NCBI GenBank assembly: GCA_965203835.1
Contig: OZ241919.1
Span: 694,140 to 758,139, forward strand
Direction of reading: 5' to 3'
DNA from: Dehalococcoidia bacterium
GTDB lineage: Bacteria > Chloroflexota > Dehalococcoidia > Lucifugimonadales > UBA3495
DNA: 64,000 bases
Shown: piece after piece, positions 1 to 8,650 of the stretch
Layout: every line of letters begins with the position of its first letter
How positions within the stretch are numbered: position 1 is the first letter of the stretch
Notes under the pieces: generated by a model
Told to the model about the DNA's origin: nothing
Database searches by the model: none
The model's input: only the letters and a program-made list of their open reading frames with translations
Program-made: the position numbers and the translations under genes

Positions 1-1
1 C

Positions 2-1021
2 CAGTACCACGAGCAGTACGCTTGGGCCGACGAGGTGGGCTTCGACGGAATCATGTCCAACGAGCACCACTCCTCATACTGGTGCATGAAGCCCTCGGTC
101 AACCTGGACGCTGCCGTCATCGCCAAGATCACCAAGAACGTCAAGATAGCCATGCTGGGCAACGTCATCGCCGTCACCGATCCCATCAGGATGGCAGAAG
201 AGATAGCGATGCTGGACTGCTACTCCGGCGGAAGGGTAATCTCCGGTTTCGTCCGCGGCACCGCCGTAGAGAGCTTGGTCGGCGGGATCGTCCCTGCGGA
301 GAACCGGGAGCGGTTCGAAGAGGCCCACGACCTCATTCTCAAGTGCTGGACCACACCCGGTCCCTTCCGATACGAGGGCAAGTATTACCACTACCGGGCG
401 GTCAATCCCTGGGTGCTGCCGATACAGAAGCCCCACCCGCCGGTGTGGTTCCCCGGACTGTCCAGCCCGGAAAGCGTCGTCTGGGCAGCCCGCCACCAGC
501 ACCCGTACATGAACCTGGGGTCGCTGCTGGACTACACCGAGCAAGTGCGAGGCGTTTACATCGACACCGCCAAGGAGGTGGGCTTCCAGCCGGGGCCGGA
601 ACACTTCGGCTACTTGCTACGCGTCCTGGTAGCCGACACCGACGAGAAAGCCCAGGAAATCGGCAGGTCGTTCATGTGGACGGAGGAACACCGTAACAAG
701 GGGCCCAGAGAGCATAACGATCCGCCGGGCTACCAGTCGCGGGAGGCGGTCCAGATCCAGCGGACCCTGCCCGGCGCCGGCGGCTTCGGCAGGCGCATGA
801 GCTACGAGCAACTTCAGGAAGTCGACAACCTGATTGTCGGCAGCCCTGACACGGTAACCAGGAAGCTCTCCGGCATTGTGGAACGGCTCAACCCCGGCTG
901 GCTCCACATCTACGGCAACGAGGGCGGCATGGCCCATGAGGACGTGATGCGGTCCATCGAATTGCTGGGGCGGGAAGTTATCCCGGCCTTGCACGAAATT
1001 CAATTGCAGCCCTACGAATAG
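2..1021 (+). CDS. LLM-class (luciferase-like) flavin-dependent oxidoreductase, 5'-truncated by window edge
   Basis: Frame open from base 2 (QYHEQYAWADEVGFDGIMSNEHH); motifs NEHH, P.R.AEE.A.LD..SGGR, PIQKPHPPVW, IVGSPDTV. Confidence 0.9.
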   Translation, partial: QYHEQYAWADEVGFDGIMSNEHHSSYWCMKPSVNLDAAVIAKITKNVKIAMLGNVIAVTDPIRMAEEIAMLDCYSGGRVISGFVRGTAVESLVGGIVPAENRERFEEAHDLILKCWTTPGPFRYEGKYYHYRAVNPWVLPIQKPHPPVWFPGLSSPESVVWAARHQHPYMNLGSLLDYTEQVRGVYIDTAKEVGFQPGPEHFGYLLRVLVADTDEKAQEIGRSFMWTEEHRNKGPREHNDPPGYQSREAVQIQRTLPGAGGFGRRMSYEQLQEVDNLIVGSPDTVTRKLSGIVERLNPGWLHIYGNEGGMAHEDVMRSIELLGREVIPALHEIQLQPYE

Positions 1022-1061
1022 GGCCGCTACCCACTATCAATCCAGCCAACGAGGTGACGCC

Positions 1062-2177
1062 GTGAAAATCACGGACATGAAAATCGACGTGATTCGTAGA
1101 GATATACCGGACACCGGCTTGGACTCGGACCTTGGGCGCTTTGCTGGCACGACCGAGCAGGGCGTTTTACGGGTGTTCACCGACGAGGGCGTTGAAGGGA
1201 ACTGCTTTGTAGGGGAATTCCGGCAGGGAGGCCGCGGCCTGTTCGGGCCGATACTTCGCGTGCTGAAGCCGGAGATGGTCGGCAGGGACGCATCGGACCG
1301 GGAGTGGCTGTGGGACCGCTTGGGAGTGCTGTACTCCAGGAGGGGCATCACCAACAGCATGTGGGCCCCGGTGGACGTGGCGCTGTGGGATATTTGCGGA
1401 AAGGCCGCCGGAGCCCCGGTCTACACCCTGCTGGGCGCCCACCGGCGTGAGACCGAGGTGTACGGCACCTACCCGCCGCGCCACGACTCGGCCGATGGGT
1501 ATGTAAGAGAGGCCGAGGAACTGGTGTCGGCAGGGTTCCGCGCCTACAAGCTGCATCCAGGCGTTATGTCTACCAACGACGTGGTGGAAACCGTTACGGC
1601 GGTGCGTGAGCGGGTGGGGCCGGACATGAAGCTGATGCTCGACCCCAACTGCGGTTACCGGTTCCGCCAAGCCCTGGACGTGGGACGGGCGCTGGACCGC
1701 AACGGCTTCCACTGGTACGAGGACCCGGTCCCCCACCACGACCTCGACTCAATTAAGGAGTTGAGCGCCCGGTTGGACGTGCCCCTTTGCATGAGCGACC
1801 AGAACCCCTTCCAGTTCTTCAACTCGGCCAACATTATCAGGAACCAGTCGTCGCGGTTGGTGCGCGGCACGGCCCGGAACCTGGGAATCACTGGGCTGAA
1901 GAAGCTATGCTCCTTGGCGGAAGGGTTCGGCATGAACTGCGAAATCGGCATCGCGGGAAATTCGCTCATGAACGCCGCCAACCTGCACGTGATTTTCTCA
2001 GTGTCGAACTGCGACTTCTTCGAGTACTGGATGCCGCAAGCCGCCCACCAATTCGGGCTGGTGGACGACATCAAGCTAAACGGCAGAGGCGTCGTTGAGG
2101 CTCCGACTCTCCCGGGTTTGGGCTACCAGCTTGACTGGGAGTGGATCGAGGCCCACAAGATAGAGACGCTGGAGTGA
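1062..2177 (+). CDS. Mandelate racemase/muconate lactonizing enzyme family (enolase superfamily)
   Basis: VDVALWDICGKAAGAPVYTLLG, GFRAYKLH, LMLDPN, WYEDP; GAGG RBS before GTG. Confidence 0.9.
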   Translation: MKITDMKIDVIRRDIPDTGLDSDLGRFAGTTEQGVLRVFTDEGVEGNCFVGEFRQGGRGLFGPILRVLKPEMVGRDASDREWLWDRLGVLYSRRGITNSMWAPVDVALWDICGKAAGAPVYTLLGAHRRETEVYGTYPPRHDSADGYVREAEELVSAGFRAYKLHPGVMSTNDVVETVTAVRERVGPDMKLMLDPNCGYRFRQALDVGRALDRNGFHWYEDPVPHHDLDSIKELSARLDVPLCMSDQNPFQFFNSANIIRNQSSRLVRGTARNLGITGLKKLCSLAEGFGMNCEIGIAGNSLMNAANLHVIFSVSNCDFFEYWMPQAAHQFGLVDDIKLNGRGVVEAPTLPGLGYQLDWEWIEAHKIETLE

Positions 2178-2220
2178 CGGGAAAAGGCGACTTCAGGATG
2201 GCGCCGGTCACAGGTGAAGT

Positions 2221-3240
2221 ATGACCATTACCAAAGTAAAGTTAGAAAGCTTTACAGCTTTTGATAACTTAGAGGTAGAATTTTCCTCCGGCGTCAATGT
2301 TTTAGTCGGCGCCAACGGCACGGGCAAGACCCACCTTATGAAGGTCTGCTACGCGGCGTGCGACGTTTCAAAGACCGGAGATCCTCTTACCGAAAAACTC
2401 TTGCGGGTGTTTCTGCCGTCGGCGCGCGCGTTAGACCGGTTGGTAAAACGGCAAGGCGTGGGCGCCGATGCAAAGGTGGAAATATCTCGCGGCGATGTCA
2501 ACTTGCTGGCTGCGTTTCCAAACCGTATTGAGGGATCAAGTTCGGCTTCCATACAACGTTCCCACGATTGGACGAAAACTCCAATAGAAAGCGTCTACAT
2601 ACCGGCTAAGGAGATGCTCTCTAATGCTCCCGGCTTTCTGTCCCTATATGAGACCCGGGAGGTCCATTTTGAGGAAGTGTATAGAGATATTCTGCATCGG
2701 GCCTATCTGCCGCCATTGCGCAACCCCGCAGACATCTCTCACAAGGGCTTGCTTGCAACGCTGCAAAAGGCTATCGGTGGGACGATTACCATCAAGGGGG
2801 AGGAATTTTTCCTGCACAACAGGCGGGGCGACCTGGAATTTTCATTGCTTGCCGAAGGAATGCGGAAACTTGGGCTGCTGTGGCTTCTGATCCGGAACGG
2901 CACACTTTCTCGCGGTTCGGTCCTGTTTTGGGACGAACCCGAGACCAACCTCAACCCGAAGATGTATGGTCCTTTGGTCAATGTTTTGCTGCAGTTGCAG
3001 CGCGGGGGCGTCCAGATATTCCTGGCTACTCACGATTACGCCGTACTAAAAGAACTCGACCTGCGCAGCAGGATCGACGACGTTATTGGTTGGTTTTCGC
3101 TCTATCGAACTGAGGCGGGCGAAATAGAGTGCCGGAAAGCCCGCAATTACCTCGACATTCACCCCAACGCCATTGCCGAGGCGTTCGGGGACATGTACGA
3201 CCGTGAAATAGATCGTAGCTTGGGAAGGCCAGCGCGGTGA
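2221..3240 (+). CDS. ABC-type AAA ATPase (AAA_15/AAA_21-like), putative defence/TA sensor
   Basis: Walker A GANGTGKT, signature LAEGMRK, Walker B/D-loop LFWDEPETNLNP, H-loop ATHD; no TM segments. Confidence 0.85.
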   Translation: MTITKVKLESFTAFDNLEVEFSSGVNVLVGANGTGKTHLMKVCYAACDVSKTGDPLTEKLLRVFLPSARALDRLVKRQGVGADAKVEISRGDVNLLAAFPNRIEGSSSASIQRSHDWTKTPIESVYIPAKEMLSNAPGFLSLYETREVHFEEVYRDILHRAYLPPLRNPADISHKGLLATLQKAIGGTITIKGEEFFLHNRRGDLEFSLLAEGMRKLGLLWLLIRNGTLSRGSVLFWDEPETNLNPKMYGPLVNVLLQLQRGGVQIFLATHDYAVLKELDLRSRIDDVIGWFSLYRTEAGEIECRKARNYLDIHPNAIAEAFGDMYDREIDRSLGRPAR

Positions 3241-3743
3241 GGGTTTTCACCGAAGGCGATCTGCAACTCACCGTAAACAATGTAGTGGATGTTCGCCGGT
3301 TCGACGGCCCCGGACATGGATTGAGCCATTGTATGAAAGCGGTGGATTTTATTGTAGAGGAGTCTGATCGTTACCTGTTTATCGAATTCAAAGACCCACA
3401 GCACCCCAACAGTCAAGAGGGAAACAGAGAAGAATTCATTCAAAGTTTCCATAGAGGCCGTCTTGACGAAGATTTCGTGCACAAGTATCGGGACTCTTTT
3501 CTATACGAATGGGCTTCTGGTAGGGCAAACAAGCCTATCTATTATTACGTGATGGTAGCATCGGATACGTTAGACAGGACCCAATTGACCGAGAGGACGG
3601 ACGATCTGAGACGCAAGTTGCCCGTAGTTGGCACCGATGCGTGGGTGAGTAGCATCGTGGAAGGTTGCGCGGTGTTCAATATTCCGTCTTGGAACGAAGC
3701 ATTCCCCGACTACCCCATAATTCGGCTCACCGGGTCACATTGA
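3237..3743 (+). CDS. Hypothetical protein with PD-(D/E)xK nuclease-like motif, coupled to ATPase
   Basis: GTGA start/stop overlap with the ATPase; motif KAVDFIVE..x..FIEFKD; AT-richer codon use. Confidence 0.7.
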   Translation: MRVFTEGDLQLTVNNVVDVRRFDGPGHGLSHCMKAVDFIVEESDRYLFIEFKDPQHPNSQEGNREEFIQSFHRGRLDEDFVHKYRDSFLYEWASGRANKPIYYYVMVASDTLDRTQLTERTDDLRRKLPVVGTDAWVSSIVEGCAVFNIPSWNEAFPDYPIIRLTGSH

Positions 3744-3791
3744 CTCCGACACCCGCGGGCCATGGTATGGGGGTCGAAAGCGATATATCCC

Positions 3792-3896
3792 TCACCGCGT
3801 CAGCACATGCCAAGCCCCTACCACCACCGCCAACACCATAACGATGAACGGCAACCATGAGACCAGCCGGATGCTCAGCCAGCGCAACGCCCTCAT
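3792..3896 (-). CDS. Putative 34-aa single-pass membrane peptide MRALRWLSIRLVSWLPFIVMVLAVVVGAWHVLTR
   Basis: Read by hand: ATG at 3896 after a GGGGG run, TGA at 3794-3792; basic N-terminus plus hydrophobic stretch; co-directional with the TauE gene. Confidence 0.45.
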   Translation of the reverse strand: MRALRWLSIRLVSWLPFIVMVLAVVVGAWHVLTR

Positions 3897-3911
3897 GCTT
3901 GCCCCCGGCGT

Positions 3912-3937
3912 GATTCCCGCCTACGCGGGAATGACGG
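3912..3937. repeat. Palindromic REP-like element, family A (GATTCCCGC-N4-GCGGGAATGACGG)
   Basis: ATTCCCGC-CTAC-GCGGGAAT hairpin; related copies at about 5118, 5928, 7506, 26971, 54484, 59970. Confidence 0.85.
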
Positions 3938-3953
3938 GAAGGGGGGAGTCCAC

Positions 3954-5063
3954 TTAGACCGCAAAGGGAAGCTCCACGAAGAAACTGGCGACGTACAGCG
4001 AACCCGTTATGGCGGTTACCCCTCCGGCGATGATTTTCAGCGACCTTTGCGGCACGTACCGCTGGGTCTTGGACGCCAGCCACGCTCCGAATATGGCCCC
4101 GGCGGAGGCATAAAATCCCCATGCCCATTCCGGGGGCGTGTGCACCCCGGTTATTATCGGCACGGTGACGGTGTACGAAAAGAGGGCGATGGCCGACTGG
4201 ACGAACACGTAGGGCAGCGTTATAGCCACGATAACGTAGAGGGGCAGCCCGAACATCGTCACCAGGATGGGCGTCATCAGGAAGCCGCCGCCAACTCCCA
4301 ACGTGGACGAGACCAGTCCCACGCCAGCCCCTAACAGGAATAGCAGGGGCACGCTCAGCCTCCACTGGATATCCCAGAACTCCACCGTTATCGCCCGCCA
4401 TGACTTGTCCAGGGTCTTCAGTTCCACGCCTTCGGGCAGTCCGGAGGGCATCTCGCCGCGTTGCCGCAACTCTTCGGCATGGGCGTGAAATGCCCGCTCT
4501 ATAGTCTGCTGCTTGCCGCCGCGGCGGGTGTACATCGGCGTTATCTGGTAGACCATGTAAACGCCAAGCAGGGCCAATGATGCGCCGGTCACGGCCTTGA
4601 AAGGCCCTTCGTCCTCCAGGAGAAACACCCGGATGAACGGTCCGATCTGAGACCCGAACAGCGTGCCTACGCACGGCCACAACGCCATGTCCAGGTTCAA
4701 ACGCTTTTCCTTGCGGAACCCCAGGATCGCTCCCAGGGGATTCAAAAAGGTCAGCACCGTGTTGGTCGGGCTGATGAAAATGTTGTCGAACCGCAGGATG
4801 GACATGGAGTAGGGCAGCGAGAAAATACCGCTGGCCTCACCCACCAGCGCCATGGTGTAGCCGGTCCAGAAGCCCATCCAGACCAAGTGCCACAGGGGAA
4901 CGTATACGCCGGCCAAGGGAAATTCCACTCCGCCGACGCCGACCAGCGCGCCGTGCTGCCAGTAGCTTGCCGCGATTCCCGCGGCAAAGCACAGCGCTAT
5001 CAGGGGCAGTTGTTCCCGTAAGAACTCCTCCGCAATCGGGTTGCCGGCAATGGAATTTTGCAT
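3954..5063 (-). CDS. Sulfite exporter TauE/SafE family membrane protein
   Basis: Multiple TM helices; GVGLVSSTLGVGGGFLMTP and GAIFGAWLASK motifs. Confidence 0.8.
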   Translation of the reverse strand: MQNSIAGNPIAEEFLREQLPLIALCFAAGIAASYWQHGALVGVGGVEFPLAGVYVPLWHLVWMGFWTGYTMALVGEASGIFSLPYSMSILRFDNIFISPTNTVLTFLNPLGAILGFRKEKRLNLDMALWPCVGTLFGSQIGPFIRVFLLEDEGPFKAVTGASLALLGVYMVYQITPMYTRRGGKQQTIERAFHAHAEELRQRGEMPSGLPEGVELKTLDKSWRAITVEFWDIQWRLSVPLLFLLGAGVGLVSSTLGVGGGFLMTPILVTMFGLPLYVIVAITLPYVFVQSAIALFSYTVTVPIITGVHTPPEWAWGFYASAGAIFGAWLASKTQRYVPQRSLKIIAGGVTAITGSLYVASFFVELPFAV

Positions 5064-5110
5064 CGGTGCATGTTAATGGCTGGCCCATCGCCAAGCAACC
5101 AATGCCTGCA

Positions 5111-5150
5111 CCCGGCGGGTTTCCCGCCTTCGCGGGAAAGACGGGAAGGG
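5111..5150. repeat. REP-like element, family A
   Basis: cccggcgggTTTCCCGCcttcGCGGGAAAgacgggaaggg; flanks match the 3903-3942 copy. Confidence 0.8.
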
Positions 5151-5154
5151 TGCT

Positions 5155-5182
5155 TTGCCCTTTTCCGGCTTGGGGCTATAAT
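5155..5182 (+). promoter_or_regulatory. Putative sigma70 promoter for flavin reductase gene
   Basis: TTGCCC-16 nt-TATAAT. Confidence 0.45.
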
Positions 5183-5262
5183 CCTTAGTTGTAAAAATTC
5201 CACCTGAACATCGGACTCCCGCGCACGCGAGAATGACGTTTTTGGTGTTGCGAGGTAATTGC

Positions 5263-5895
5263 TTGATAATCGACCCGTTAAACTTTGATAGGTTCAACCT
5301 GGTCCTGACCGGCGTGGTGGTGCCCCGGCCCATCGCTTTCGTTTCCACCGTATCAACCGACGGCGTCAGCAACCTGGCCCCCTATTCCTTCTTCAACGCC
5401 GTCTCCTACGACCCTCCCACCATAGTTTTCTCCTCTTCCCGCACCGTGGACCGGAAGAGCAAGGACACCCTCCGCAACGTCGAGGAAACCGGCGAATTCG
5501 TGGTGAACGTGGTGGTCGACGACATAGCCGAAGCGATGAACAAGACCGCCGCCGAATTCCCGGAGGATGTTGACGAGTTCGAAATCGCCGGTCTCACGGC
5601 CATTCCTTCCCAAATAGTAAAGGCGCCGCGGGTCGCTGAATCGCCGGTTAACCTGGAGTGCCGCTTGGAGCAGGTTGTACCCATCGGCGACCCGGTCCAC
5701 GGCCACGGACTGGTCATAGGCACCGTAATCCTGGTGCACGTCAGGGACGACATCATCAACGGACACCGCATCAACCACGAATTGTTGAAACCCACCGGCA
5801 GGCTGGCTGGCAATATGTACTGCCGGACTCACGACTACTTCGAGATGCGCCGGCCTGTATACGATCCGGAGAAAAGCCTCTCCGCCTATCGGTAG
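5263..5895 (+). CDS. Flavin reductase family (FMN-binding split barrel) protein
   Basis: VVPRPIAFVST, NLAPYSFFN, KDTLRNVEETGEFVVN, PRVAESPVNLEC; TTG start after GAGGT (ORF track start 5233). Confidence 0.9.
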   Translation: MIIDPLNFDRFNLVLTGVVVPRPIAFVSTVSTDGVSNLAPYSFFNAVSYDPPTIVFSSSRTVDRKSKDTLRNVEETGEFVVNVVVDDIAEAMNKTAAEFPEDVDEFEIAGLTAIPSQIVKAPRVAESPVNLECRLEQVVPIGDPVHGHGLVIGTVILVHVRDDIINGHRINHELLKPTGRLAGNMYCRTHDYFEMRRPVYDPEKSLSAYR

Positions 5896-5920
5896 GGACG
5901 AAGGAATATCAATTACATGG

Positions 5921-5961
5921 CCCCGGCGGATGCCCGCCTGCGCGGGCAAGACGGGAAGGGG
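5921..5961. repeat. REP-like element, family A (variant stem)
   Basis: ccccggcggaTGCCCGCctgcGCGGGCAagacgggaagggg. Confidence 0.75.
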
Positions 5962-6061
5962 CTCCGGTGCTTGACTGGGCAATGGTCAGCCCCTAGAATT
6001 TTCGAAAAGACAGCGTCTCGGGCTGTCCGCACGGTTTTACGTTTTAGCTTGAGGTTGAGAG

Positions 6062-7501
6062 ATGGGAAACACCGATGTAGAGCTTATCGCACACCTCATG
6101 AGACGCGCCGGGTTCGGCGCAACCAGGGAGCAACTGGAGCAGTACGCCGCCAAGGGCTATGAAGCCACCGTCGAGGAGCTTATCAGTCCGGTTGACGAGC
6201 GGCGAATGGACGATGCCATCATCCGTCGTTTCCATCCCGACCTGTCCGGAATGCTTGGGCCCGTCGGGACCGGGGCAAACTGGCTGTATCGCATGGCGAC
6301 GACCACCACGCCTCTCCGGGAGAAAATGGCCCTGTTCTGGCACGGTATCTTCGCCACCGGGTATCCCAAGGTCATTCACGGCAAGGCCTTGTCGGACCAG
6401 ACCCGGATGCTCCGGCACTATGGGATGGGCAACTTCAATACCCTGTTGATCGAACTGTCCAAGGACCCGGCCATGATTATCTGGCTGGACAACCAGGACA
6501 ACCACAAGGACTCCATCAACGAGAACTACGGCAGGGAACTGCTGGAGCTGTTCTCAATGGGTGTGGGCAACTACACCGAGGACGACATCAAGGAATGCGC
6601 CCGGGCCTTCACCGGCTGGACTATTGGGAACCGCGAATACATGGAGATGCGGTCCCAGAGGGACTCGGACTGGCCCTATGGGCGCATCTCCTGGCACTTC
6701 GAGTACAACCCGGAGGACCATGACGACGGCGAGAAGGTGTTCCTGGGACAGCGGGGCCGGTTCAACGGCGAAGACATAGTCGAGATTATCTGCCAGCAGC
6801 AAGCCACCGCACGGTTCATTGCCAGGCACCTGTACGACTTCTTCGTCGCCGATGAGCCGCCGGTGCCAGAGTGGCCCGACGAGCCGCCGGCCAACGAGGA
6901 CGCTATACGCCAACTCACCCAAGCCTACTTCGACAGCGGTTACGACATCTCTGCCATGCTGCGGGTGTTGTTCAACTCCGATTTCTTCAAGTCCCAGAGC
7001 GTTTGGTACACCAAGGTCAAGAGCCCCGTGGAACTGGTGGCCGGGGTCATCCGCTTGACTGGAGAAGCGGACCGCCCTCGGAAGGAACTGGTGGACCGCC
7101 ACTTCCAAGCCATGTACATGGGCCAGTACCTGAACAATCCTCCCAGCGTTGAAGGCTGGCACCAAGGGACCGGCTGGCTGGATACCGGCACCCTGGTGGA
7201 GCGGGTGAACTTCGCCACGCAACAGCTTGGGGACGCCAAGAAGCCCGGTGTCAGGGCAATGATCGACGGAGTAGCGTCCCGGTACCAGTCCGCAATCTCT
7301 CCCGAAACCCTGGTGGATGCCTGCCTCGAGCAAGTGGGCGCGATGGCGGTGGGAGACGACACCAAGCGTGTGTTGGTGGACTTCGCCTCAACCGGCGGCG
7401 ACCTGCAACTGGGCGGCGGAAGCTTGGACGAAGCCTCCCGGGAGCGCATAGCGGCTATGCTGCAAATGGTTGCCTCCACTCAAGAGTTCCAGAGAGCTTA
7501 G
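6062..7501 (+). CDS. DUF1800 family protein
   Basis: HLMRRAGFG, LREKMALFWHG.FAT, DPAM..WLDN, NENYGRELLELFSMG, ARAFTGW, KSPVE, PPSVEGW. Confidence 0.9.
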   Translation: MGNTDVELIAHLMRRAGFGATREQLEQYAAKGYEATVEELISPVDERRMDDAIIRRFHPDLSGMLGPVGTGANWLYRMATTTTPLREKMALFWHGIFATGYPKVIHGKALSDQTRMLRHYGMGNFNTLLIELSKDPAMIIWLDNQDNHKDSINENYGRELLELFSMGVGNYTEDDIKECARAFTGWTIGNREYMEMRSQRDSDWPYGRISWHFEYNPEDHDDGEKVFLGQRGRFNGEDIVEIICQQQATARFIARHLYDFFVADEPPVPEWPDEPPANEDAIRQLTQAYFDSGYDISAMLRVLFNSDFFKSQSVWYTKVKSPVELVAGVIRLTGEADRPRKELVDRHFQAMYMGQYLNNPPSVEGWHQGTGWLDTGTLVERVNFATQQLGDAKKPGVRAMIDGVASRYQSAISPETLVDACLEQVGAMAVGDDTKRVLVDFASTGGDLQLGGGSLDEASRERIAAMLQMVASTQEFQRA

Positions 7502-7505
7502 CCTT

Positions 7506-7530
7506 GGATTCCCGCCTTCGCGGGAATGAC
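7506..7530. repeat. REP-like element, family A
   Basis: GGATTCCCGCCTTCGCGGGAATGAC just after the DUF1800 stop. Confidence 0.85.
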
Positions 7531-7607
7531 CGGAGCCTGCCCCCGTGGAGACGGGGGAAATAGCCTGCCCCTGGCCGAAGGGGAAAGGGGGCAACGCAGG
7601 GGGGACG

Positions 7608-8636
7608 ATGACCAGTACAGAATCCAAGACCAGAACGGACTTCCTGGAATACGTCACGACGCTGGGAATGACCACCATGGAAGGCCGGGGGTTCTACTAC
7701 CCCGTCGACGCGTCCATCAGCGAAGACGGGCGCATATACGTAGTCAACCGGTCGCTGGATACTATTACCCGGGGCATCCGGGTCTGTATGCTGGACAAGG
7801 ACAGCGAGTACTACGGCAATTTCGCGTCCGCCGGCGAGGGAGACGGCCAGTTCGTGTGGCCCAGCGGCACCTCGGTGGACAGCCAGGGCCGGGTTTACAT
7901 CTGCGACGAATACCTGCACCGGGTCACCGCTTTCGCCCCTTCGGGATCGTTCCTGTACAAGTGGGGCGTCCCCGGCTCCGGTGACGGTGAACTCGATACC
8001 CCGTCTGCCATCGCCTTCGACTCAAACGACAACCCCTATGTCTCCGACACCTATAATCATAGGGTGCAGAAGTTCAGCCCCGACGGCCGTTTCCGGTTGG
8101 GTTTCGGTTCCCAAGGAAATGGAGAAGGCGAGTTTGAAACGCCCTGGGGATTGACCCTGGACGGGGAGGACAACGTCTACGTCGCTGACTTCGGCAACGA
8201 CCGGATACAGAAGTTCACCCCCGACGGAAAGTTTCTTGCAGCCTTCGGGACTCCCGGCCAGGGCGACGGGGAATTTCACCGCCCCTCCGGGGTGGCGGTG
8301 GACAAGGACGGCTATATCTACGTCGCCGACTGGGGCAACGAACGGGTACAGGTATTGGACCGGGACGGCAACTTCGTGACCAAGGTCAGGGGAGAATCCG
8401 TCCTGTCCAAATGGGCCCAGAACTTCCTGGACATCAACCTGGAGGAAAAGGCAGCCCGCGCGACGGCGAACCTGGAGCCGGAGATAGAATATTTCGTATC
8501 CAACCCCCACGAGGAATCGTCCCATATCGAGAAGTATTTCTGGTCGCCGCGTTCCGTAAAACTTGACGCCGACGGTGTCCTGTACGTAACCGAGAGCAAC
8601 CGTCACCGAATCCAGGTCTACAAGCGCAGTTCATAA
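7608..8636 (+). CDS. NHL-repeat six-bladed beta-propeller protein
   Basis: Repeated G.GDGEF..P.G...D..G..YVAD.GN.RIQ.F units; no signal peptide. Confidence 0.9.
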   Translation: MTSTESKTRTDFLEYVTTLGMTTMEGRGFYYPVDASISEDGRIYVVNRSLDTITRGIRVCMLDKDSEYYGNFASAGEGDGQFVWPSGTSVDSQGRVYICDEYLHRVTAFAPSGSFLYKWGVPGSGDGELDTPSAIAFDSNDNPYVSDTYNHRVQKFSPDGRFRLGFGSQGNGEGEFETPWGLTLDGEDNVYVADFGNDRIQKFTPDGKFLAAFGTPGQGDGEFHRPSGVAVDKDGYIYVADWGNERVQVLDRDGNFVTKVRGESVLSKWAQNFLDINLEEKAARATANLEPEIEYFVSNPHEESSHIEKYFWSPRSVKLDADGVLYVTESNRHRIQVYKRSS

Positions 8637-8650
8637 ATTGGGAGGACGCA

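Noticed and set aside
7608-8636. Internal DNA repeats in NHL genes as mobile repeats
   Set aside because: Explained by beta-propeller blade periodicity.
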